DNA of 64,000 nt, from positions 1 through 64,000 of IMG/VR virus record IMGVR_UViG_3300003937_000092; one strand, written 5' to 3'. A program made the translations under genes and the position numbers. The stretch is from an uncultured virus (IMG/VR IMGVR_UViG_3300003937_000092). Taxonomy: Duplodnaviria; Heunggongvirae; Uroviricota; Caudoviricetes. Shown here in pieces: positions 9,354 to 19,674 of the stretch. The notes beneath the pieces are model-generated. The model was not told the origin of the DNA, ran no database searches, and worked only from the letters and a program-made list of their open reading frames with translations. Positions within the stretch are counted from its first letter, which is position 1; each line of letters opens with the position of its first letter.

Positions 9354-9976
9354 CTAAAGTTATCGGTTAACCTTTCTTTATCTAAATCAGTTAAAGAACC
9401 CCACCACTCATCATCATCAACTCTAGCTATATTCCACATTTCAGTTTTATCGATTAACCCATTAAACATCAAAGGAAAACTATCTCCGGTTAACTTATCG
9501 ACAACTGAACCATTATTTAGTTCTATCCACGCGTCAGGATTTGCCTTAAAATCATTCGCATCCCTATCTAAACTTCTACCCCATTTATCTTCGAAAGATT
9601 GTAAAGTTCTAAATGTGTTTTCGCCAGGTTTCCACTCAGGACCAACAAGTTGTATTGCTATTTGATTTGGTGATATATATTTAGTTAGATTTTCTAAATT
9701 AAATTGTAAGTCCATAGGTTGAGCGTACTTACCGTATCTAAATAGTGGTTCAATCTTCACATCAAATATTTCAGGAAGTATCTCTTTAGCCCTAACAATA
9801 GCAGTATAATTTTCAGTGTCACCAAAATTAAAGTCCGTAACTTCTTCGCCAGTTTTCTCATCGATAATACTAACCACTTCATATTCACTATCGAACCCAT
9901 AATAGTTCATAGCTAAATTACGACCCACAGTATTGAGTAATTTTTCAAGACTCCACTTAAGTTTATTATCCTCCAT
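9350..9976 (-). CDS. Hypothetical protein
   Basis: 208-aa ORF. Confidence 0.7.
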   Translation of the reverse strand: MEDNKLKWSLEKLLNTVGRNLAMNYYGFDSEYEVVSIIDEKTGEEVTDFNFGDTENYTAIVRAKEILPEIFDVKIEPLFRYGKYAQPMDLQFNLENLTKYISPNQIAIQLVGPEWKPGENTFRTLQSFEDKWGRSLDRDANDFKANPDAWIELNNGSVVDKLTGDSFPLMFNGLIDKTEMWNIARVDDDEWWGSLTDLDKERLTDNFS

Positions 9977-9984
9977 AAAGATTT

Positions 9985-10404
9985 TTACTTATTTTTCTTT
10001 TCGGAACTTTGCATCATTTGTTGTAATGCCTCGATATCTCTCTTAAGTTCGTCATCTCTTTCTTGAGAATCTGCTTTATCTTCTATATCTCTCTCTAAAT
10101 TACCTATGTCTTTTTTATTCTTTTCAGAATAATCTAAACCTGTTCCATATGCTTTTTGATGTGACCCTGCAGTATCTAAACCTTTTTCTAATCTCATTAC
10201 TCTTTTATGTAATTCTTTAATGGCGTTTCCAACATCACTCATTGACTCTAAATCCTTTAAAACTATTACATCCGATAGATATTCAGGTAAATCATAATCG
10301 ACAACATCTGAAGTGTTACCATATAATCCTTGCTCTTTAATTACGTCTTTGATAACTGTCTTTAGTTGTGATTCAGTTATCACATATTTTTTTTCTGTTT
10401 TCAT
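9985..10404 (-). CDS. Hypothetical protein with ITESQL leader (putative virion protein)
   Basis: KYVITESQLKTVIKDVIKEQ N-terminus; coiled-coil. Confidence 0.65.
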   Translation of the reverse strand: MKTEKKYVITESQLKTVIKDVIKEQGLYGNTSDVVDYDLPEYLSDVIVLKDLESMSDVGNAIKELHKRVMRLEKGLDTAGSHQKAYGTGLDYSEKNKKDIGNLERDIEDKADSQERDDELKRDIEALQQMMQSSEKKNK

Positions 10405-10482
10405 TACTTAAATATTGATTTAAATTTATTTCTTTATTATAAATATCATAGTTAATTCAAATATTTTTTGTATCTTTGTAAT

Positions 10483-10866
10483 ATGAAAAGAAAACTAATA
10501 ACCATATTACTCAGTATACTAATGTTGAATGCTGAATATATGGTTAAGAATAATGAGTTATGTCATACCGAAGATAGTGAAACACCTAGTTTTTGGAATC
10601 GATTAATGTTATTCCAAGATAACAGTTATATTGTTGGTAATGAAAATGTTTCCACCGTGTCAATAAATGGTATTGAAGACTCTATAGATAAAATTGCGGA
10701 TAAAATAGTGTACTCATGGAAAACATCTAAAGGTCACAATCGTGCAATGTTAAATAAAGGTTCGACAGTAGGTGCTATAAGTTGTGGTGATGGTATTAAA
10801 ATAAAAGATAACTATACCTTTAAAATAAAATACTCTACTTTTGTACTTTGGAATAATCTACTTTAG
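10483..10866 (+). CDS. Truncated CAP/SCP-domain protein
   Basis: GNENV...IVYSWKTSKGHNRAML; ATG at 10483 follows TATCTTTG promoter element. Confidence 0.6.
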   Translation: MKRKLITILLSILMLNAEYMVKNNELCHTEDSETPSFWNRLMLFQDNSYIVGNENVSTVSINGIEDSIDKIADKIVYSWKTSKGHNRAMLNKGSTVGAISCGDGIKIKDNYTFKIKYSTFVLWNNLL

Positions 10867-10869
10867 TAA

Positions 10870-12183
10870 TTAAACCTCTTTAATGGTAATACACGGGTTA
10901 AATGTACCCATTGATTTTGAAACTCCAGGTTTAACATCTCCTGACCCTTTACCAAATGGTTCTTTAGGTCCATATACGATTCTCTTCGTAGTTTCACCAC
11001 TTACTTCTTCATCAATATAAGCACATACCATAGGTGCCTCTCCGTGATATGTCCCACCTGGTCGTTGTGAAGACCTAGGTCTTAATAAGGTACCTTCAGT
11101 TCCTTTAATAGTCATATACACCTTTCCGTTTTTACTTTTAGATACTATCTTTGCTAACTGTTCTTTACTCACTGAAATCAAACTATAAACTGTATCGCCT
11201 TCTTGTTCAGGTGCCCTACGTTCGACATTTTCTTGATTTAAACCAATCATCGCCCCTTTCTCATTTCTTCGCTCACCATTATTCATGTTTGAAATACCCA
11301 CAGGTATTCCATTACAAGAAACTGTAAATGTTGCGTAATCACATTTATGGTTAGTACTACTTCTTTTCATTGTAATACCCGTATCCATGGCACTCATATC
11401 TTGTTTGAAATATCCAACAATAATTTTAAGTCCTGTGGCACATTCAGTTAATCTAACAATATCGTCTCTATCTAATGGTTTTTGCTCTAATTTTATAAAA
11501 CCGTTAACAATAACATATTGTCCGGGGCCTTTATACTTATTTGAATCTCTTTTCTCATCAGTACAACCACCCGTATCAGTAATACGGTATTCTGTTTTCT
11601 TTGGAGCCTTCAAATCTTTACCAACACCAAAACCTAAACTTTTACCGTTTTTATTAATATATGAGACCATATTCCCCCATCTACTATCGGCATAACCTTT
11701 ATTTTTATTCCAATTACTATCCCCTTCTTTTGGTAGATTCACATATAGTTCTGAAGATAATTTTGACGATTCTATCGGTTTACCACGATAATGAGTAGGT
11801 TGTAAAGGTCCGTTAAGGTAATTACTTGCAGACCCAATAACGTTATCAACTCTAACAAGTACTAAATCATATTTGGCATTTAATTGTTTACTCGACAATT
11901 CATCCTCAACCTGTTGTTTTAGTTGTAATAGTGCGTCTTGATAAACTTCATCACTTGAACCTGCCGTTGGGAAATAAGCTCTTAAATGAAATTTGACTAC
12001 CGCTGGTACATCACCACCTGTACCAAATTTTCCGTTTTCGTCTTTATATCTTATCTCGGTCTTTATAAATGGGGGTTTAATTTCATTAGTGCCCGTACAT
12101 TTATTTGATTCGGCCTGTTCTGAAATTACCTTTTTTACGATATTTTCAATATCTATTTCTGTTAATTTTATTATCTTTCCCAT
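10870..12183 (-). CDS. Hypothetical protein with LTE leader (putative virion protein)
   Basis: MGKIIKLTEIDIENIVKKVISEQ; 437 aa. Confidence 0.7.
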   Translation of the reverse strand: MGKIIKLTEIDIENIVKKVISEQAESNKCTGTNEIKPPFIKTEIRYKDENGKFGTGGDVPAVVKFHLRAYFPTAGSSDEVYQDALLQLKQQVEDELSSKQLNAKYDLVLVRVDNVIGSASNYLNGPLQPTHYRGKPIESSKLSSELYVNLPKEGDSNWNKNKGYADSRWGNMVSYINKNGKSLGFGVGKDLKAPKKTEYRITDTGGCTDEKRDSNKYKGPGQYVIVNGFIKLEQKPLDRDDIVRLTECATGLKIIVGYFKQDMSAMDTGITMKRSSTNHKCDYATFTVSCNGIPVGISNMNNGERRNEKGAMIGLNQENVERRAPEQEGDTVYSLISVSKEQLAKIVSKSKNGKVYMTIKGTEGTLLRPRSSQRPGGTYHGEAPMVCAYIDEEVSGETTKRIVYGPKEPFGKGSGDVKPGVSKSMGTFNPCITIKEV

Positions 12184-12309
12184 TACTTTTTTATTTCATT
12201 TGTATTATGTATAGTGACATTACCATAAACATCCTCCACTTCAAATTTATCTGAAACTTCTTCAATGTTAATAACTTCTATTTCTCTAATATCTTTCTCT
12301 TCGTTTATA

Positions 12310-12552
12310 TTAGTCTTGTTTTGACTCATTTTCTGATTTTTTAGCGAACGCTTTAACTGTTGATACACCTAACATAGTCGCCGAAAATATTAACATAGAG
12401 TTAAATAAATCCTCATTTATTGTGAACCAATGAAAACCGTCACCAATAAAGGCAATACATACTAAAACACCTGAAATAATTCCTAGTGTCTTTTTAGATG
12501 AGTATTTATTGTCTTTTTTATCTTCTGTAAAAATATCTTGTATAAATTTCAT
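12310..12552 (-). CDS. 2-TM holin-like membrane protein
   Basis: YSSKK motif, two TM helices, charged C-terminus. Confidence 0.5.
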   Translation of the reverse strand: MKFIQDIFTEDKKDNKYSSKKTLGIISGVLVCIAFIGDGFHWFTINEDLFNSMLIFSATMLGVSTVKAFAKKSENESKQD

Positions 12553-12598
12553 AACTTATAGTGTTTTACTATAAATATCCGTTTTTTCATTTAAATTC

Positions 12599-12943
12599 TT
12601 ACTTCCAAAATAATTGTATACCTATTAGACTACACGCTAAGAATAAAGAAATGATAGTTTTAGTAGTAATACCTTCACCTAAGAAATACCAAGTTAAAAA
12701 AGTAAAAGAAATAATACCTGAACCAAAGGCGATGAACCTACCTGGCCATAACAGTCCGTCAAAGTGTTCAACCATGAATCTTGTAGCGTAAATTAACACA
12801 TAACTTATACTTGAACCCATAAAAATTGAAATTAAGAGTGGGTTTTTCTTAAACCAAGGCCAAACAAACTGACCGTTGGTCTGAAACCATATTGCCGCTT
12901 GTCCAATAAAGAAAAGAATGAAACCTATTAATAATTTATTCAT
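12599..12943 (-). CDS. 4-TM small membrane protein (DMT/SMR-like)
   Basis: Four hydrophobic segments; WYFLGEGITTK. Confidence 0.55.
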   Translation of the reverse strand: MNKLLIGFILFFIGQAAIWFQTNGQFVWPWFKKNPLLISIFMGSSISYVLIYATRFMVEHFDGLLWPGRFIAFGSGIISFTFLTWYFLGEGITTKTIISLFLACSLIGIQLFWK

Positions 12944-12994
12944 AATTTTTAATTTTATGAGTAAAATAGGTGTTTTTAGGGTAAATTAAAGGTT

Positions 12995-13633
12995 CTATTT
13001 AGTTAATGTTGGTAATTTGCTTACAGCTATGTCTGAATATCGGTCAATTAACCTTTCTATTTCAGAATAATCCCTAAATCCACTTTCAATATTATTACCT
13101 AACCCGTATTTTTTACGAATATACTTAAGTGCCTTGTAAATTTTAGGAAATGTACAACTATCATCATAGGCATCAAAAATATATGTTGTCATCTCATCTT
13201 TAATAAATTTTATAGGGTCCTGATGGTCATCTACCTGTTCAAGAATTTCAATTATTGTTTGGTCCATCCAATCTTTGGGTACATCCCAATCTGAATTATA
13301 ATCATATTTAAATTTCATAGTAGGTTTACCCCCATAACCACCGTATTCTATGGTTACTGGATAGTTTTCAAGATTCCAATCTATCAAATCAATCTTTATA
13401 TCACATTTTTCTCCATTATATTCATGATATTTGTGTTCCGAATCTAAAATTTCTTGAACTTCCTTCATCATATGTTGTTTCATATCACTAATTCCGTAAT
13501 ATTTACCTAAAATATCCAAATATTCTTCCATATTTTGAAATTTCCACCCAAAAAATAAACTATCTTTTATTCTTGGGGTCTCTGTTCGTCCCCAAAATTT
13601 CATTAAAACATTAATCTTATCTTTATAATCCAT
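12995..13633 (-). CDS. Hypothetical protein
   Basis: 212-aa ORF. Confidence 0.7.
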   Translation of the reverse strand: MDYKDKINVLMKFWGRTETPRIKDSLFFGWKFQNMEEYLDILGKYYGISDMKQHMMKEVQEILDSEHKYHEYNGEKCDIKIDLIDWNLENYPVTIEYGGYGGKPTMKFKYDYNSDWDVPKDWMDQTIIEILEQVDDHQDPIKFIKDEMTTYIFDAYDDSCTFPKIYKALKYIRKKYGLGNNIESGFRDYSEIERLIDRYSDIAVSKLPTLTK

Positions 13634-13636
13634 ATC

Positions 13637-14626
13637 TTAGTCTCTATATGTTGATGTTTCATAATTTACACCTTTTACCCACCCATAATCAGATAAAATA
13701 TCTTCAATCTTTTGTTCAAAAATATATGTATCTAACCTATTCCAACCTTGAGTACACTCAGACCTATAACGTGGATGTATTTGAACTTCTATGTCTTCTA
13801 ATTTTTTTCTATATCTAAATACGATAGAATGAACACACGATTTACCTCTAGGTAGATTTTTTATTTCAGGTTTAATCTTCTTGTTAACTACATTTTTAAC
13901 ATAACTATCAAAATCTTCAAATAAAACATATGTGGTTTTAACACTTACAGACTTTTGTCTTGCATCATAATTACTACTATTCGCATTAACTAATCTGTTC
14001 CATATTCTACTTACAAAATCTCTAGTATTCTTGGCTTTTTTTATATTATCACCAGATTCCAATAACTTTTCAAGATTTATTATTGGTTGTACATATAAAT
14101 CCCCCCATCTAATTTCCTTAAAATTTAATTTTAACCAATCGGGGTACATTTTAGGGTTACCTTTTTTATGTATTTCTAAAAATTTTTCTAATGTTGGTAA
14201 TAATTCAGTCGCCCTTTCTTCTTTTTGTTTAGCCTTTATTTTGTATACAACAGAATTAACGTGATTTTTTAAATTTCTAAGATAAATTGCTGATGTTCTT
14301 GGTATTTTCTTATCATTATATTGATTTTTACGTCCTTTATAATAGGTGAACAATTCTGTACGGTCATCCTCATCATATTCTCTAATAAGAGTTAACGCAG
14401 ACGCGATAACTAATTCATCATAAATTTTTACTATTTCATCTAAACTTAAATCTTCAATAGTATTGATATTAAATGATAAGTTATCAATATTAACAATAGG
14501 GTCATTCTCAATACCCGTTAAAGGGTGGTCGTATTCAAAATCACGAGTACTCAATTGAGGGTGGTCCTCATATGGTACCGCATAACCACTTAAACTATCT
14601 ATTAACTTATCGTATATTGACATCAT
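13637..14626 (-). CDS. Hypothetical protein
   Basis: 329-aa ORF; ATATTTAT upstream. Confidence 0.7.
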   Translation of the reverse strand: MMSIYDKLIDSLSGYAVPYEDHPQLSTRDFEYDHPLTGIENDPIVNIDNLSFNINTIEDLSLDEIVKIYDELVIASALTLIREYDEDDRTELFTYYKGRKNQYNDKKIPRTSAIYLRNLKNHVNSVVYKIKAKQKEERATELLPTLEKFLEIHKKGNPKMYPDWLKLNFKEIRWGDLYVQPIINLEKLLESGDNIKKAKNTRDFVSRIWNRLVNANSSNYDARQKSVSVKTTYVLFEDFDSYVKNVVNKKIKPEIKNLPRGKSCVHSIVFRYRKKLEDIEVQIHPRYRSECTQGWNRLDTYIFEQKIEDILSDYGWVKGVNYETSTYRD

Positions 14627-14832
14627 ACTTATAAATATTAGTAGTAAGTAAAAAAAAAATACAATAACTTTTTTAAATCGTTTTTATTTACTACTTTTAT
14701 AAAAAGAAATTATATGTTAAAAAAAATAAGAGTGTTTTTGAATTACCTAAAATGGTTAGAGGAAAAAAGAATCGAAGCCGCAATTAAAACAGGTAGCCCG
14801 GGGGCTTTAATGTAAATCTAAAAGTAAAAAAG

Positions 14833-15075
14833 ATGAAAGAAATAATAAGAAAGGTTAAATCAATGTTTGTAAAAACACCAACCAAACCATTTATATGGCA
14901 CCCTGAAGATTGGGAAGCAGCTAAAAAGTACGCGAAGAGTCAACCCCACCCTGAAAATGATAAAGAATCATTGTGGGAATATGCCCAAAAATCACCATTA
15001 GATGATAGTTCTTATGTCTTATCAAGAATTAATGAATATTTAGAAAAATTAAAAAACCAAAACAAAGATGAGTAA
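14833..15075 (+). CDS. Hypothetical protein
   Basis: ORF in plus-strand small-gene run. Confidence 0.6.
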   Translation: MKEIIRKVKSMFVKTPTKPFIWHPEDWEAAKKYAKSQPHPENDKESLWEYAQKSPLDDSSYVLSRINEYLEKLKNQNKDE

Positions 15076-15238
15076 AATAGAAGATTTAGTTTATAGTGCA
15101 CATGATTTAAATAAACGTAAAGAATTATTTAAAAATGTTTCCTTGATTAAAAGTGAAAAACCTAATATGTTATTAGAAGATGTTTATGAATTGGCGTATC
15201 AAAAAACTATTAAAGAAAATAACACCAAAGAGAGATGA
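15068..15238 (+). CDS. Hypothetical 56-aa protein (not in ORF track)
   Basis: MSKIEDLVYSAHDLNKRKELF...; overlaps both neighbours' start/stop. Confidence 0.6.
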   Translation: MSKIEDLVYSAHDLNKRKELFKNVSLIKSEKPNMLLEDVYELAYQKTIKENNTKER

Positions 15239-15489
15239 CTGAAAAAGACTTAATTAGCTTAGATTTTACTCACAATGATGAAACAGCTGAGAATAGTGGA
15301 GCACCAAATGACTTTCACTACTACACATATGACATAGGTAGTTTCAGTTTAATCTCTCCATCAAGTGACGAGGTTGAGGAAGATGGGTGGTATGTTGAGG
15401 TATTTGAAACTCCGGAGATTAGATTTACTAATCCTACAGAGTTGAGTATTCTATTGACGTTACTAACGAACAATTATACAGAAAGATGA
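15235..15489 (+). CDS. Hypothetical protein
   Basis: MTEKDLISLDF...FHYYTYD. Confidence 0.65.
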   Translation: MTEKDLISLDFTHNDETAENSGAPNDFHYYTYDIGSFSLISPSSDEVEEDGWYVEVFETPEIRFTNPTELSILLTLLTNNYTER

Positions 15490-15565
15490 AAGAAGAAAGA
15501 ATTTATACAATAATTAATATTCTTACAGTGATTGGATTTTTTACTCTAATGATACTCGGCTCAAA

Positions 15566-15805
15566 ATGACAGAAGAGCAAATTGATAGAATTATAGAAAT
15601 GGCTTGGGAGGATAGGACCCCTTTTGAGGCAATAGAATTCCAATTCGGTATCAAAGAAAATGAGGTTCGTAAGATAATGAGGAAAGAACTTAAAGAATCT
15701 TCATTTAAAATGTGGAGAGAACGAGTTAAAGGTAGAAAAACTAAACACTCCAAAAACAGTGATAGTGTTAGATTTAAAAGTAAGAACCAAAGAGCAAATA
15801 ATTAA
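15566..15805 (+). CDS. DUF2805 / TIGR03643-like protein
   Basis: RIIEMAWEDRTPFEAIEFQFG...SFKMWRERVKGRKTKH. Confidence 0.85.
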   Translation: MTEEQIDRIIEMAWEDRTPFEAIEFQFGIKENEVRKIMRKELKESSFKMWRERVKGRKTKHSKNSDSVRFKSKNQRANN

Positions 15806-15810
15806 AAATT

Positions 15811-16092
15811 ATGATTAAAAAGAAATACAAAAAAGAGGATAGAGAACTACTCGACTCAATTAAAGAACTAAACAGAACTGCGGTTGTTTTAGAAATTAAA
15901 TTGGTGGGGACATCAAAAGTTAAAGATAATTTAATTTATGAATGTACTTATCTTGATGGTAAAACAGAAAAGACGGTTTCAATCATCGCACAGGATGTAA
16001 CTCAAGCGTTGGCTAAATTAGAACAATTTACTAATTCAGGAATCCCTCAATCAGTATTAAAATATATGTTAGGAAGTGAAAGATACACATAA
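15811..16092 (+). CDS. Hypothetical protein
   Basis: ORF in operon. Confidence 0.6.
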   Translation: MIKKKYKKEDRELLDSIKELNRTAVVLEIKLVGTSKVKDNLIYECTYLDGKTEKTVSIIAQDVTQALAKLEQFTNSGIPQSVLKYMLGSERYT

Positions 16093-16456
16093 TAAAATAT
16101 TAGTTAAAGTAATAAGGTGGGGGTTAAGACTACACTCCATATTTCATGTAGTTGAGTTTTTCTCCGCACTTTATGAAACCGCATACCTCACTGCAGTTAT
16201 CGCATTTATCGCAACCATAATTGAAATTTTAGCTAGTATATATCTACCTAAGGAGCACGTACACTTTAAAGGTGTAATTAATGAAGTTCACGAAAATTGT
16301 GAAGAAGATGAAAACGAATGGGACGAAGAACATGCATTAGATATGGTACTTAATGATATGATTAAAGATATTGATGAGGATGAATTAGATATACCAAATA
16401 AGCGTATTCTAACATATAGAAGGAGAGATGTCGGTGAAAATTCAAAAACTGATTAA
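16076..16456 (+). CDS. Hypothetical membrane protein
   Basis: TM segment and acidic tail. Confidence 0.55.
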   Translation: MKDTHNKILVKVIRWGLRLHSIFHVVEFFSALYETAYLTAVIAFIATIIEILASIYLPKEHVHFKGVINEVHENCEEDENEWDEEHALDMVLNDMIKDIDEDELDIPNKRILTYRRRDVGENSKTD

Positions 16457-16458
16457 AT

Positions 16459-16490
16459 AAAAAAAACCCAACATTTGTTGGGTTTTTTTA
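16459..16490. terminator. Bidirectional intrinsic terminator
   Basis: aaaaaaacccaac-attt-gttgggttttttt between convergent genes. Confidence 0.85.
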
Positions 16491-16614
16491 TTCTACTTTT
16501 TCTTTATTATTTTACTGATGAGGTATTCACCTAAATGCCAACCTATACTTCCTCCGAGTGTAAGACCGAAACCTCCGATAAACACTCCAATAAATAATTC
16601 TATTAAAAACATAA

Positions 16615-16887
16615 TTATCTGATTTGTACTTTTTGAAATAATCCTTCCATTATTTCTTCAATTGCTCCCATAACATTATATTGGTCATCACCCCAATTAT
16701 GTTTATGATTTTCAATTATCTTATCCATACTTTTTCTTATGTCCATTTCTAATACTTGCCACTTATCTTTTGGTAGTTCTTCTTCCCACCAATTTTCAGA
16801 CAAGTTTACTTTTTTAGTGGACACACTTTCATGTAACCCTAAGATTCTATTTTTTTCAGATTCATTTATGTTAAATAAATCTTTCAT
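16615..16887 (-). CDS. Hypothetical protein with INESEKNRIL leader
   Basis: MKDLFNINESEKNRILGLHES. Confidence 0.65.
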   Translation of the reverse strand: MKDLFNINESEKNRILGLHESVSTKKVNLSENWWEEELPKDKWQVLEMDIRKSMDKIIENHKHNWGDDQYNVMGAIEEIMEGLFQKVQIR

Positions 16888-16889
16888 AT

Positions 16890-17417
16890 TTACTCCTCGT
16901 CTTGATTAAGGTCCATATTCTGAAGTTCACCTTTAATATCTCTTTTGTATAAGTTAGAAATATCTCTAAGTTTTTGGATGTAACCACCGAAGTTGTCAGC
17001 AACTAACTCATCACGTTCTAGTCCACGTACAAAGTCGTTTATCTTTTTTACAAAATCATCGTTATATGAAAGTACGCGAGCTCTTGCACTTCTTTGGTCA
17101 TTTGCTTCATTCTTCTCATCACGTTCTTTTCTTCGAGCTTCTCTTTTCTCCTCACGTTCTTTTCTTCGAGCATCTCTTCTATCTTGACGTTCAGATTTTC
17201 TTACACCTCTGTTTGCCCCGATACCTTTAAGAGCCGCTTTCAACCTGTTTTGTTCATCTAATTCAGATTCAGATTCACTAATTAAAGTTGGAACTTCACC
17301 TAACTTCTTATTTACCATATTAGAGAAATTCTCTACGGTTATCTTTTTACCGCCAGCGTGTTGTTCACGAATAGAGTTCATCTCTTCTTGGCTCATGTCA
17401 TTTAATAAATGTTTCAT
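16890..17417 (-). CDS. Hypothetical charged protein with EEMNSIREQH leader
   Basis: R/E-rich helix; ATATTTAT upstream. Confidence 0.65.
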   Translation of the reverse strand: MKHLLNDMSQEEMNSIREQHAGGKKITVENFSNMVNKKLGEVPTLISESESELDEQNRLKAALKGIGANRGVRKSERQDRRDARRKEREEKREARRKERDEKNEANDQRSARARVLSYNDDFVKKINDFVRGLERDELVADNFGGYIQKLRDISNLYKRDIKGELQNMDLNQDEE

Positions 17418-17460
17418 AGTCTAATTGTTTTATTTATAAATATCGGTTAAATGGAAAAAC

Positions 17461-17928
17461 CTACCTCTGTATTGAATCTATATTACTTATAATAAGACTG
17501 TCAGGAATAATAAGCGGTTTAATCTCAACATGACGCTCTTCACCACCTACAGGTTTTTTTGTATAACAGTAAACCGCTACACCTTCAATATCATAATAAA
17601 AATATTGTTTAGTATTTTTATTTAAAAATGCCCGATAGATACCATTGTTTTCATCAACGTATATAACTTGACCTGATTCCGTATCACTTCTTAATCCAAT
17701 TGAAAAGCTTTTTTTCTTATTTGTTCGGTCTTGCTCATATTGGTCAATGTGTTTATCCATTCTATCTAAGGATTCATTTATTTGTTCGTACTGTTGGACA
17801 AGGTCATTTAAATCATTAGCATAATTAATAACAGGACCAACATAATTGATTAGTGTAATAGTTGCACCAATTGCGGTGACCGCAAAAATTACTTTACTAA
17901 ATTTATCTTTGAATACATTGAACTCCAT
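17461..17928 (-). CDS. Membrane-anchored coiled-coil protein
   Basis: N-terminal TM plus coiled coil; ATATTTAT upstream. Confidence 0.65.
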   Translation of the reverse strand: MEFNVFKDKFSKVIFAVTAIGATITLINYVGPVINYANDLNDLVQQYEQINESLDRMDKHIDQYEQDRTNKKKSFSIGLRSDTESGQVIYVDENNGIYRAFLNKNTKQYFYYDIEGVAVYCYTKKPVGGEERHVEIKPLIIPDSLIISNIDSIQR

Positions 17929-17949
17929 TTCTATAAATATCTTATAAAA

Positions 17950-17982
17950 ATAAAACCCCCATATTTCTATGAGGGTATTTTT
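17950..17982 (-). terminator. Intrinsic terminator
   Basis: aaaacccccata-tttc-tatgagggt hairpin directly after CDGSH ORF. Confidence 0.6.
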
Positions 17983-17983
17983 G

Positions 17984-18067
17984 TTATTTTAGATGTGAAC
18001 CATCACAATAACCGTTAGGGTCTGTTGTGTTCCCACATCCACATTGGGGTCTGTCTGTCGTTTTCAT
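17984..18067 (-). CDS. Minimal CDGSH iron-sulfur-binding peptide (27 aa, not in ORF track)
   Basis: Manual translation MKTTDRPQCGCGNTTDPNGYCDGSHLK. Confidence 0.75.
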   Translation of the reverse strand: MKTTDRPQCGCGNTTDPNGYCDGSHLK

Positions 18068-18143
18068 ATTTAAAGGTCCCATACGGACTTACGTTTTCTT
18101 TTTTTTATGATAAGACGAATAAAAAATATTAACTTTTTAATCA

Positions 18144-18329
18144 TTATCTACTTAGTTCTTCAACTCGACTCATAATATAAGCCTTTTTACGTTCAAGGAA
18201 TTCAACCTTTTGAGTATCTTCGGCATTTAAATCGAATTTATTCATTTTAATCTGATTAATCTGATTTTCCAATCTATGATATTCAGATAAGAACTCATCA
18301 TATCTCGCAGCTTTATTTTCTTGATTCAT
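18144..18329 (-). CDS. Hypothetical coiled-coil protein
   Basis: 61-aa ORF. Confidence 0.6.
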   Translation of the reverse strand: MNQENKAARYDEFLSEYHRLENQINQIKMNKFDLNAEDTQKVEFLERKKAYIMSRVEELSR

Positions 18330-18478
18330 AATTTAATTTTTTAATAATATAATATTATTAATTAATTAGTACAGAGCTAATACGAAAACAACCGTCATGA
18401 TTATAACGTATAGTATGTTGGATATGTCTATTTTTTTATTTTTCATTCCGATAAATAGAACCTATTATCTGAAGAGCA

Positions 18479-18508
18479 TAAAAAATCCCTCTGAATTAGA
18501 GGGATTTA
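18479..18508 (-). terminator. Intrinsic terminator
   Basis: aaaaatccctct-gaatt-agagggattt. Confidence 0.75.
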
Positions 18509-18544
18509 ATAATAATATAATAATTTGTTAATAATTAATTTCCT

Positions 18545-19285
18545 TTACACTGCAACTTTAGTACATCCTGTGTCAATACATCTTTGTATTTTATCAGTTC
18601 TTTTCTTTCGTACACCCACACCAGGCATTTCATTGATGTATTTAGGACATTCTTTACAGTCGATATCATTCACGGGTGTTCTATCTAATGGTTTTTTATC
18701 TAACATTTGACCTTTACACATTCCGTCAGGTATACATATACCTAAACAGTTAGCCAATCCACATGCGTCATTCTTATGTTTCTCAAAACATGATATTGAT
18801 TTCTTACAACCAACTGTAACCTTATCAGTGGGTGCCAAATTTTTTGTTTCGTCCGCACCTACACCAGGTTTGTTCTTAATTGGTTCTTTTTTCTTACAAC
18901 TACATTTTATAGGTTTTAAACATGAACCTGCACCTTCCATTAATTTAGCTAATGTTTTTGGTCCAACAAGACCATCCATAGTTATACTAACTGATTTTTG
19001 GAATGCACGAACAGCTTTAGCCGTTTCAGTGTTAAATTTACCGTCACATTTTGTATGGTCCTTATCACACCCAACTTTCATTCCTCCACCGAAATTCTCT
19101 TTATTAAATCCACATTTAGCCAATGCGTTTTGTATAAGTTTTACATCCTCACCGGCATTACCTTTACCTAATACTTTCGTTTTACACTGTATAGGACAAA
19201 GTGGGCTTTGAGACGATTGTTCATTAAGAACACGTTTAATGATGTTCTCCAAATCTGATTCCGTTAATTTTATTTTCTTTTTCAT
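18545..19285 (-). CDS. Peptidoglycan-binding domain, Cys-rich protein with LTESDL leader
   Basis: GEDVKLIQNAL...DGKFNTETAKAVRAFQ...DGLVGPKT. Confidence 0.8.
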   Translation of the reverse strand: MKKKIKLTESDLENIIKRVLNEQSSQSPLCPIQCKTKVLGKGNAGEDVKLIQNALAKCGFNKENFGGGMKVGCDKDHTKCDGKFNTETAKAVRAFQKSVSITMDGLVGPKTLAKLMEGAGSCLKPIKCSCKKKEPIKNKPGVGADETKNLAPTDKVTVGCKKSISCFEKHKNDACGLANCLGICIPDGMCKGQMLDKKPLDRTPVNDIDCKECPKYINEMPGVGVRKKRTDKIQRCIDTGCTKVAV

Positions 19286-19295
19286 AATATTGTTT

Positions 19296-19655
19296 TTATT
19301 TCTTAGTTAGCGTTATATCAGCCAAAATACCTTTAACCTCTATTTTATTTTTATTATTTTTTATAGAATTAGTGATATAGGTTAATTTTTTATAGGGTAA
19401 TTCATTGGTTTTACCTGTATTATCTGTCATGTAATATTTCCCATCTTTTTTATAAATATATTTAACTCCCACAGGTCCATCATAAAGTGGGGTATCAACC
19501 GTAACTGAATATTTATTTGTAATGTCTTTGTACTTAGTAAGAATTGGACCACCATGTGTAGAGTTAGCCGAGGATAGAGTTACACCATGTAATGTTATCG
19601 ATTCATTGATAGTACCAACATACTCTTTTAATATCTTACTAATTAATTCTTTCAT
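19296..19655 (-). CDS. Hypothetical protein with ILKEY leader
   Basis: MKELISKILKEYVGTINES; ATATTTAT upstream. Confidence 0.65.
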   Translation of the reverse strand: MKELISKILKEYVGTINESITLHGVTLSSANSTHGGPILTKYKDITNKYSVTVDTPLYDGPVGVKYIYKKDGKYYMTDNTGKTNELPYKKLTYITNSIKNNKNKIEVKGILADITLTKK

Positions 19656-19674
19656 AACTTATTTATAAATATAT

